IMG/VR virus record: IMGVR_UViG_3300020047_016550
Coordinates: 9,392-73,391 of that record
Strand: one strand, 5' to 3'
Length of the DNA: 64,000 nt
DNA from: a virus
Taxonomy: Duplodnaviria > Caudoviricetes
The number at the start of each line of letters is the position of its first letter. The stretch's first letter is position 1. Below, in pieces: positions 56,796-64,000 of this stretch. The notes under the pieces were generated by a model. The model searched no databases. It saw nothing but the letters and a program-made list of their open reading frames with translations, and was not told the DNA's origin. The position numbers were made by a program, and so were the translations under genes.

Positions 56796-57535
56796 AAATA
56801 AGCTGAATAAATATTGTCAACTATCCATCTGGCATTTTTGTATCCGCTGTATGGGTTATTAAACATTTCTGCAACGTCCCGTTTGTCCGTTTCACTCATT
56901 TCTGAATCTTCTGCCCTGGCATTACGGCAAAGACGGTTCCATTCTTTTTTTGTATCGGGAATCATTTTTACCGGGCCGGAATATTGTTTTTTCGGGTCAT
57001 ACATCATACGCCTGGCTGTTTTATATTCCAGGTACATGGAAATTGCATCAACATGATTTTCGTTGATTTTAATATATCCGTCTTCGTCAGTTTCATACAC
57101 TAAAAGCTGAACCGTTATTTTGTCGGAATTCATTGAACTGTTTAGAAAAACTAAACTGTTGTCCTGAATTTCATAAGACATTCTTCTAAGAAGTCTTTGG
57201 TCCTGATAATACCAAAGAGGCATAGGCATGGTTGAAGAATAATTCACCGTGGCCTGGTTATTATAAACATGATCAAAAAGGTTTTGACAGCAATCTCCGT
57301 AATCACCTTCAATTGCAGCTAAAACAGCAACGGCTTCACAAGGAAGCACTGCGGTACAGTTACAGACATCCAACACAAATATTTTCCTTTTATACGAATA
57401 AAAAGAACCTATTTTATTATCGGCATCACGGGCCCATCTTTTAAGTCTTTCTTCATGCCCGTTATGACTTAATCCGGTGTCTTCCATGAAATTCAGGACG
57501 ACATTTTTAATGCTTACTTTTTTTCGTATGCTCAT
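56792..57535 (-). CDS. Tail ring protein (P22 gp4-like)
   Basis: Position between IHF-like gene and muzzle; I.LVY..DE.G...I......AI..Y. Confidence 0.65.
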   Translation of the reverse strand: MSIRKKVSIKNVVLNFMEDTGLSHNGHEERLKRWARDADNKIGSFYSYKRKIFVLDVCNCTAVLPCEAVAVLAAIEGDYGDCCQNLFDHVYNNQATVNYSSTMPMPLWYYQDQRLLRRMSYEIQDNSLVFLNSSMNSDKITVQLLVYETDEDGYIKINENHVDAISMYLEYKTARRMMYDPKKQYSGPVKMIPDTKKEWNRLCRNARAEDSEMSETDKRDVAEMFNNPYSGYKNARWIVDNIYSAYL

Positions 57536-57876
57536 GATTTTGTCAGAATATAAGTTTGTCCTTCATCTATTTTTTGGGTAATTTTCTTTTTCATTGTGTT
57601 TAATGGCGGTGAATGAAATTTATGTTCAAATGCTTCCTGATAATAAACTTTAACCGAAGCGCTTTCTTTTTTACGGATGCTGAAACTTTTTTCTACGGCG
57701 ATTCTTTTAATCACATATCCGTTTATTGCCAAAGTATAACCCTTTAAAATATGTTCTTCGGCCAAAGCCATAAAAGAATCAATAAAACGGTAAACCTTCG
57801 TTCTTCCGATTTTTTTATACTCAGGATCTTTCATGAGCTTGTCAGCAAACAGTATTTTTAATTTTTCATAAGTCAT
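57532..57876 (-). CDS. IHF/HU-like protein of the crAss-like tail module
   Basis: Basic 114 aa; FID.F....E.IL.GY.L.I.G pattern; conserved crAss-like position. Confidence 0.6.
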   Translation of the reverse strand: MTYEKLKILFADKLMKDPEYKKIGRTKVYRFIDSFMALAEEHILKGYTLAINGYVIKRIAVEKSFSIRKKESASVKVYYQEAFEHKFHSPPLNTMKKKITQKIDEGQTYILTKS

Positions 57877-58709
57877 GGCTGTATTGCTTGGTCTTTATAG
57901 TCATTTTTTGTATCCGGAATTGTTCTCATTTCAATTCCAAATTCTTTTGTACAAATATCCAGTGTAATTTTTGGAAGCATTTCCATGCTTAAAGGATAAG
58001 CTTCGAGAACTTTCATCAGTTCTGTTTCGTTAAGCCTTTTTACGGCTCCATTTCCGGAATAAGAATTATTGACGGCCACAAATGTTGAGCCCGGTAATCT
58101 TGGTATTGAATTATGGCTTATTGAATTTTCAAACACTTTATATGTAACTCCCGGTTCAAGTATGTTATTTTGTACGTAAACATTTTCAAAACATACTCCG
58201 TCAATCGGATCATCAAGAATTAACGTAGCTTTTATTTCTTTTTCATAAGGAAATATGTAAAGCATTGTTCCTACCCGTGAACAAATCCTTGGTTTGCCCC
58301 TGTTAATCTGTACATCAGGGTCAATGCGTTTCATGAATTCATTTATGTTGATACGGTCAAAAGGCCTTGTGTTTGAGTATGAAGCTATCCTGAACAAAGA
58401 ACTGTCTCCCGGAAGATTTACGAGCTGGGGCAATCTTAATTTTCCCACTTTTTGTTCTCCGCAACAAAATTCCTCGTTTTCAAAAGTATTCAGTTCGGTG
58501 ACTTTAAGTTTTGGAAAAAATTGCAGCCATTGACGGTCAATATCATCATCCGTCATTGAAGTTTTCATGTAATATTCCCTAATCCAGTTTGCACGGTATT
58601 TGGCAATGAGGTAGTATAAATGTGCATCCTCAATACGGGTATCTTTAGTAGGATTACTTCTGGTAAGTATCCTTTTTAAGTCGTAGGTTATTTTAAGTAA
58701 GTTGTTCAT
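57873..58709 (-). CDS. Tail ring protein
   Basis: I.D..L.Y.I.KYRA.WI; LP.LV.L; C-terminal YPL...ML..I. Confidence 0.65.
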   Translation of the reverse strand: MNNLLKITYDLKRILTRSNPTKDTRIEDAHLYYLIAKYRANWIREYYMKTSMTDDDIDRQWLQFFPKLKVTELNTFENEEFCCGEQKVGKLRLPQLVNLPGDSSLFRIASYSNTRPFDRININEFMKRIDPDVQINRGKPRICSRVGTMLYIFPYEKEIKATLILDDPIDGVCFENVYVQNNILEPGVTYKVFENSISHNSIPRLPGSTFVAVNNSYSGNGAVKRLNETELMKVLEAYPLSMEMLPKITLDICTKEFGIEMRTIPDTKNDYKDQAIQP

Positions 58710-58715
58710 AATAAC

Positions 58716-58747
58716 AAAAAAAGCGTACCCGAAAGTACGCTTTTTTT
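58716..58747 (-). terminator. Intrinsic terminator
   Basis: AAGCGTAC-T-TTCG-G-GTACGC-TTTTTTT on minus strand. Confidence 0.8.
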
Positions 58748-58766
58748 ACAAATTGAAGGTTTAAAA

Positions 58767-59801
58767 TTAAGATAAAGCCAACAATGCGGTACGGAGCGCC
58801 GCGTAATTTGTGGCATCATTTTTTACGTACAGGATTTGCGTAAGCACATTGTCATTTTTCAGGTTTTCATTTCCGGAAAACTGTGAAGCCTGAACTTTGG
58901 CCCGAATGGTAAAAGTCGTGTACGCTGCTCCCGCAATAGGATCATTGTTTTGCGGATAATTGTAAGTACCGCCGGCAATAAGGTTTCCGGTACTTGTTTC
59001 CTGAATAGGTTTAAATCCAAGCATGATAGTACCCTGGCCAACCCAATAAACGGGAGCCGTGTCTTGTTTTACCTGAGATTCCGGAATGTTTACTCCCGGC
59101 ATTACATAACTGGCACCTCCACGGCTTGAATTTGGACGGTAGTAACCGTATTTGTCTTTAAGATAAAGACCGGTTCCCACTTCATCAACGGTAGTAACGG
59201 TTTGTCCGGTGGCTACTCCGGTAGTCGTGTTTGTCAGACCTTCACCGTCAATGAACATGCCTGAAATCACACCGATGTTTTCAACGGCACCGGCCTGAAG
59301 AATGATTCCTTTTGCTCCTGATGTAGCTCCGGTCACCAATGTTCCGGCTGCTACTGCGCCTGACAATGTTGCATCAATCATTGCATAAGCATCCATGCCT
59401 ATAGTCTGATCGTTTCTGATGCGCCATGCAAGACTCGCCCACATATTATGACGGTCTTCTTCTGCCGTGCCGGCCAAAACTGCGGGAGCCGTATATTTAA
59501 ACGGTTTGTTTCCCACTTTTACGCTTCCTTCGGCTTTGTTGTCCGGCCCGATACGCACGCCGTACATTTCTTCGGCAACTACCGTAATAGGGCTGCTTAC
59601 TGCGGAATTACGTCCTACTGAATAAACAGCAAGGACTTCTGCCGCGGCAACTGTTTCGGTAACGGTAATTCCGCCTTTTGGGATTGGCTGCAATCCTTTG
59701 ATTGCAATTTGGTTTGGAACAACAGACGTGTTTGTCTCAATGTCTCCTGCGGCAGCTAAAACAGTGTTTAGCAATGCTACTTTTGCGATGTTTTCAATCA
59801 T
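58767..59801 (-). CDS. Auxiliary capsid/decoration protein (putative)
   Basis: Ala/Thr/Gly-rich 344 aa; position of crAss-like auxiliary capsid gene. Confidence 0.55.
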   Translation of the reverse strand: MIENIAKVALLNTVLAAAGDIETNTSVVPNQIAIKGLQPIPKGGITVTETVAAAEVLAVYSVGRNSAVSSPITVVAEEMYGVRIGPDNKAEGSVKVGNKPFKYTAPAVLAGTAEEDRHNMWASLAWRIRNDQTIGMDAYAMIDATLSGAVAAGTLVTGATSGAKGIILQAGAVENIGVISGMFIDGEGLTNTTTGVATGQTVTTVDEVGTGLYLKDKYGYYRPNSSRGGASYVMPGVNIPESQVKQDTAPVYWVGQGTIMLGFKPIQETSTGNLIAGGTYNYPQNNDPIAGAAYTTFTIRAKVQASQFSGNENLKNDNVLTQILYVKNDATNYAALRTALLALS

Positions 59802-59853
59802 TTTACTTCTTGTTTATGGTTCATGATTATTAAAGTACAATTATACGCATTTT

Positions 59854-60630
59854 TTAAGACTCTGCAAGTTCATCTTTTGCGTTTTGTATTTTATCCTTTG
59901 TCTGGTTTATTCCTGCTATTTCTCTGTAAGCAAGTAAATGAATTTCATCATGCGTATGAACCGGAAGCGGAATACTTTGTATTGCCCATACCGATCCGGA
60001 AGTTAAAACGGTATTCACCGCAATAAACGTACTCCCTGGATTGTATGTTACTCCGTCGTGAATTGCCGTAACAACTACATAATATTCATTTCCTATAATC
60101 AAAGGGCCGGGAGAAGGAATGTTTGTCTGTACCGAATAAACTGTTTTAGGAATCCTCACGTAACAGTATTCAATTTGGGAAAAACTTAATCCCGGATCAA
60201 TTATCGGTCTTATTCCCAATTCTGATTCGTTTACATAAAACTTTTCATTATCAGGTTTGCTGAACGGATCAATGTTTAATTCCTGTTCGTTATTGTATGT
60301 TGCCGGCGACGCGCTTATCCATTTGTCTAAGCCCACAAATTTTATTCTTACGTCAACCAGATACATAAAATCCGCCGGCCTTTGTATGCGCCCGGAAACA
60401 ACCGTGGGGGTGATGTAATCCGTTACCAGTGTATACAATTCTTCCCGCAATCTTTCTGAAGACTGGAATGAATAACCCGTCTGTTTTTTAATATTGTCGT
60501 AACGGTCTTTTGTAAATGTTCTTACCGCCGTGTTAAGGGCCGGATCAAGATGAAGATTATCATCATATCTTGGTGAACGTACCCTGTCAAGCAATCTCCT
60601 GACTTCTGCGTATGACTGTATGATATTCAT
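59854..60630 (-). CDS. Head-tail ring protein
   Basis: LN.A...F.K.RY, R..EEL..LV, DPF.KP, YVR.P motifs. Confidence 0.7.
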   Translation of the reverse strand: MNIIQSYAEVRRLLDRVRSPRYDDNLHLDPALNTAVRTFTKDRYDNIKKQTGYSFQSSERLREELYTLVTDYITPTVVSGRIQRPADFMYLVDVRIKFVGLDKWISASPATYNNEQELNIDPFSKPDNEKFYVNESELGIRPIIDPGLSFSQIEYCYVRIPKTVYSVQTNIPSPGPLIIGNEYYVVVTAIHDGVTYNPGSTFIAVNTVLTSGSVWAIQSIPLPVHTHDEIHLLAYREIAGINQTKDKIQNAKDELAES

Positions 60631-60653
60631 TGGTTTGTATTTAAAACAAAGTT

Positions 60654-60689
60654 AAAAAAAAAGGAAGCACGGATGCTCCCTTCTTTTTT
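60654..60689 (-). terminator. Intrinsic terminator
   Basis: AAGGGAGCA-TCCG-TGCTTCCTT-T8 on minus strand. Confidence 0.75.
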
Positions 60690-60706
60690 GTTACTCAGCC
60701 TAAAAA

Positions 60707-61786
60707 TTAAAACTCTTCTCCGGAATCTATTTTTTCAAGGGCTTCCCGGATTTTGTTTTTAAAATCCTCCTCCTTTACATATTTTTCATAAAGAACTTTT
60801 TTACCCTGGCCGATATTTATGTCAGCCATAAAGTAGAATGCACCGTTCTGTTTTATGATTTCGGCATCTATCGCTTTGTTGATGTTGTCTTTTGCTTCCA
60901 TTTCCAAACCAACCAGCTTGATGTTATCGACAGGCTTTGATGAACTTACGGCGCTTGCTATGCGTGAAAGGGTTTTGTCGTTTTCTTTTGAAGAACGGTC
61001 TATGATGGCAAGAGTCTCCATAAACTCTTTTTTACCCATGTTGTTTGCAACTTCATCATCATTGTAACCCAGATTCACTCCGTTGTATTTGTAACCGCCG
61101 GAAGCTTCCTGTAAAATGATTCTGGTTGCCAGGGCCCGTTTAAATATTTTGAGGATTTCAAGTTTTCTTTTGTCCTGCAGCAACATTTTTATGGTTTTAT
61201 CGTCCGTGTAAGAACGTTCGACAACCTGGCGTCTGATTACAATCATGGAATTTACGTCCGGATCATAACCCAGTACGCGGGCAAAGTCTGAAATTTCTGC
61301 GTCATTCATTGACATGATGGTTTCCCTCATTGTCTGTTTCCGTTCTTCCTCGCGGATAAACATTTCGGACTCATGTTCAATGTCAACTATTTTCCAGTTT
61401 GAAATAGCTTTGTTTTCATACTTTGAACCCATAGTCTTAAACCAGTTCTGGATAAGGAAATATTCCAAAGCGTCCGCACGGTTTGAAAGATCGTAATTTC
61501 TTCCGTCTTCAATTACGATTCTTCTGAAGGTAAAAAAACCTTCTTTGTCAATTGAAGTAGGAATGCCGTATGTGATTCCGGTAGCGGGAACCGTGAAACT
61601 TCGAAAAATTTCTTTGGTTTTTACTCCGTTTTTCTTTTTCACGGCTTCAATCGTAATGATTCCTTTGGTTTTCATTTCACTGAAATCACACAAATCAAGA
61701 TTCGGCACAACGGCCCTGTTTTTCAAAAAATTGAAAAGTTCCATGTTTTTGGCACTGTACATGCCTTTTTCATTTTTAGTCTCCAT
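60707..61786 (-). CDS. Conserved crAss-like structural protein downstream of MCP
   Basis: YDLS...D..EY..I.N; F..AL...II; synteny. Confidence 0.65.
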   Translation of the reverse strand: METKNEKGMYSAKNMELFNFLKNRAVVPNLDLCDFSEMKTKGIITIEAVKKKNGVKTKEIFRSFTVPATGITYGIPTSIDKEGFFTFRRIVIEDGRNYDLSNRADALEYFLIQNWFKTMGSKYENKAISNWKIVDIEHESEMFIREEERKQTMRETIMSMNDAEISDFARVLGYDPDVNSMIVIRRQVVERSYTDDKTIKMLLQDKRKLEILKIFKRALATRIILQEASGGYKYNGVNLGYNDDEVANNMGKKEFMETLAIIDRSSKENDKTLSRIASAVSSSKPVDNIKLVGLEMEAKDNINKAIDAEIIKQNGAFYFMADINIGQGKKVLYEKYVKEEDFKNKIREALEKIDSGEEF

Positions 61787-61822
61787 ACTAACGAGATTTT
61801 TAATTTATACGCCAAAGCTAAT

Positions 61823-61855
61823 AAAAAAACCCGGTACGTAAATACCGGGCTTTTT
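61823..61855 (-). terminator. Intrinsic terminator after major capsid gene
   Basis: AAAGCCCGGTA-TTTACG-TACCGGGTTTTTTT on minus strand. Confidence 0.8.
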
Positions 61856-61875
61856 GAGAAATAAAAGGTAAGAAA

Positions 61876-63384
61876 TTAAATTGACGTAATCAACGGCGTT
61901 TTTCTGATGATACCGCAAGACTGTACATTGTGGATAACGATCATGTCTTCTTTGAGACATTCCCAGGTTAATGAATCCCGTGAACTTGTCATGGGTTTTT
62001 GCATCCATCCGGTAAGACCGTTGATGTATCCTTCAACATAAGTACGGTTAACTCCGTTTCCTCCTTTAGACATAATCTGGATATTAGGCATCGGACCGCT
62101 TTCTGTTTCCTGAATCGAAGCATCTAAAACCACAATCATTGAAGACTGTAAAAGTTTTCCGTCAGATCCGTAGTCAAAGAATTTTTGTTCATCGTCAAAC
62201 AACGGATGTTTGAGAATTACCAAAGTATCTCCGGCCCAGTTAAATCCAAGGTAGTTGTAACCGACATGAACTTCCGGGCCTCCGGCCGCACCTCCCGCAG
62301 ATGCATTACCAAGATTTCCGCGTAAAGCCAATTGTTCGATTCCGTATTTGCGGAAAATTTCCTGAAGATTCTCATAACCGTATGTACCGGTAACGGCATA
62401 ATAGGTTTTGTTGGTTATGGAATTAGATTTTTTGCCCAAAGAAGACATCATATCTTTAATGTCGTCAATGGTAGCTTCACCGTCCGGCCCTGAACCCCAA
62501 AGGTCATTCATTCCGGAAATCTGTTCAATGATACCGTCTCCGATAATGATTTCATGTCCTGTTTCCGGATCATCGCCGGCTGAAGAATGAAGAAGAAGTT
62601 CTCCGTTAACACCTTTCATGGTGGACTGGCCAAACCATTTATGGTATTCGTCTTTCATTGCAAGACGGGTTTTTTCCTGCTGTTGTTTTTGGAAGAACCA
62701 TCCTTTTTCTCCGGCATATTCAACCCAAACGATATCACTTAATGCTGAACCGGTCATTGCGACTGCGGCCCGCTGGATAGTCATGTGGTTGATGTATTCG
62801 TCGGGAAGGAAATTGTTTCCGTAACCTCGGAGCGAGTTTTCAGAAAAGGCGGTAAATGCGGCAAAACAAAATTTTGGCTGGGCTCCGGTTCCTACGTGGG
62901 TATTGAAGTCAAATGAAGCGCCGGCTTTAATGTTTTGAAAACGGTATTCATAATTACCCGGTGTTCCGGTAGGCTCATAAGGAACCCATGCCTGATAACC
63001 GTTTTTAAATACCACCACGGATCCTTTGTTAATGTAACGGTCTTTTATTTTTAAAACAAAACTGCCGTCACTTGCAGTTGTTCCAATTTGGGACACAACT
63101 TCAGAACGCATTTCAATACGACCCATTAAACGGTAACGGTATCCGTTTGCGCCCACAAGCTTATCTTGCGGAATGCGGCCTATTTTATTTTGCAAAGAAT
63201 TTCCCAAAGCTAAATTTTTAGCATTCGGGCCGGCATTAACAAGCATTGTTGAAAGCATGCGTTGTTCGGTCATGCCGATGATACGGTTGATATGCGGCAT
63301 GGCTATGCCCGCTTCCGTAAGATTGTTTGATGTAGTACACGTAGAAGGATCAAACTTCCCGTGACGGATAACTATTTGTGACAT
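61876..63384 (-). CDS. Major capsid protein (crAss-like, HK97 fold)
   Basis: 502 aa; AF..FSE.S, N.M.I.R, G.G..EQI, TG..G...L, HP.FDD motifs; synteny. Confidence 0.85.
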   Translation of the reverse strand: MSQIVIRHGKFDPSTCTTSNNLTEAGIAMPHINRIIGMTEQRMLSTMLVNAGPNAKNLALGNSLQNKIGRIPQDKLVGANGYRYRLMGRIEMRSEVVSQIGTTASDGSFVLKIKDRYINKGSVVVFKNGYQAWVPYEPTGTPGNYEYRFQNIKAGASFDFNTHVGTGAQPKFCFAAFTAFSENSLRGYGNNFLPDEYINHMTIQRAAVAMTGSALSDIVWVEYAGEKGWFFQKQQQEKTRLAMKDEYHKWFGQSTMKGVNGELLLHSSAGDDPETGHEIIIGDGIIEQISGMNDLWGSGPDGEATIDDIKDMMSSLGKKSNSITNKTYYAVTGTYGYENLQEIFRKYGIEQLALRGNLGNASAGGAAGGPEVHVGYNYLGFNWAGDTLVILKHPLFDDEQKFFDYGSDGKLLQSSMIVVLDASIQETESGPMPNIQIMSKGGNGVNRTYVEGYINGLTGWMQKPMTSSRDSLTWECLKEDMIVIHNVQSCGIIRKTPLITSI

Positions 63385-63398
63385 GGTTGTTTTTTGAT

Positions 63399-64000
63399 TT
63401 AATCGTTTTTGTAAATAATTTCAATCGGATTAGCCAAGTCTGCATCTTTTATGTTCTGAAACGGAATTTCAGATTTTGGCACCTGGCCTCCGGCTGGTTG
63501 GTTTTCGTCTTTTTTGGGTGGAATGTTGAATAAGTATTTTGTAAGTACTTTTTTAACTTCTTCCTTACCCAGGTTGTTTGCTTCCGATATTTTTGCCGCA
63601 AAATTTTTAAGCGTGTTTTTGGCAAGCAAATGAGTTGTAAGCACTTCAGCGACAAAATCAGGATCTTCGGCAAAACGTTTTTTATAGTCGCCGTTTAACC
63701 ACATTTTTTCAATCTCTTGACGAATAGACTGATTAACGGGCAAATCCATGATTTTTTCGATTTTTCTCAAAGATTCTATCACTTTGGAATCATTCATTCT
63801 GGCTTCTTCCTTCACTTTTTCTTTGAATGCTTCGAATTTAGCCTTTGATTCTTCCGTAAGATTCAGAATTGCTTTTTCACGGTTTGCTTTAACGGCATCA
63901 CGTAATTGCTCCGCTTTGCTTTTTAAGTCTTCGGGCGAAAGTGCCTTAAACTGTTCTTCTCCTTTTTCCGGATCGGTTTCTTTTAAAAACCCTTCCACAA
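63399..64000 (-). CDS. Scaffold-like helical protein upstream of MCP (5' truncated)
   Basis: Charged helical ORF running off the window edge. Confidence 0.6.
   Translation of the reverse strand, partial: VEGFLKETDPEKGEEQFKALSPEDLKSKAEQLRDAVKANREKAILNLTEESKAKFEAFKEKVKEEARMNDSKVIESLRKIEKIMDLPVNQSIRQEIEKMWLNGDYKKRFAEDPDFVAEVLTTHLLAKNTLKNFAAKISEANNLGKEEVKKVLTKYLFNIPPKKDENQPAGGQVPKSEIPFQNIKDADLANPIEIIYKND

Noticed and set aside
31966-63673. Many short + strand ORFs in the late block
   Set aside because: Shadow ORFs opposite long, tightly packed minus-strand genes
1-64000. Stop-codon reassignment as in some crAss-like phages
   Set aside because: Long genes are intact in the standard code; TAG and TGA end genes at natural boundaries; no suppressor tRNA seen
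1-64000. Diversity-generating retroelement, integrase, transposase or self-splicing intron
   Set aside because: No reverse transcriptase, recombinase, transposase or homing-endonuclease motifs; DnaB and MCP are uninterrupted

Overview
The window is a large part of a crAss-like (Crassvirales-type) phage genome, probably infecting a Bacteroidota host (TAnnTTTG promoter boxes, A-rich start regions without Shine-Dalgarno). It has three blocks. (i) Early region, ~0.8-17.4 kb, mostly + strand: many small genes, almost each preceded by a tetraloop hairpin plus T-tract. It includes a candidate structured ncRNA, two SSB-like paralogs converging on 23-bp repeats, a DEDDh exonuclease, a stand-alone MutS domain I, a RadC/JAB protein and a PRTRC-type ubiquitin-like conjugation operon (E, Ubl C, F, E2-like B, ThiF/E1). 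(ii) Replication/recombination block, 17.5-27.2 kb, + strand: SF2 helicase, initiator, DnaB, SSBs, NinB-like, XRE-HTH, RusA-like, UNG; no polymerase or primase seen. (iii) Late block, 27.3-64 kb, - strand: major capsid protein, ring proteins, IHF-like protein, muzzle, cargo proteins, three giant ejected proteins including the virion RNA polymerase, and lysis genes. Top leads: (1) the three giant cargo proteins contain, by my reading, only four cysteines in ~5,660 aa, all at the termini where consecutive genes meet, suggesting a head-to-tail thiol-linked ejection chain; (2) the phage-borne Ubl-E1-E2 operon; (3) a GTTGYA-N6-TRCAAC operator overlapping three promoters; (4) the hairpin ladder and ncRNA candidate at the start of the early region. 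All family calls come from motif recognition by eye; no searches were run.
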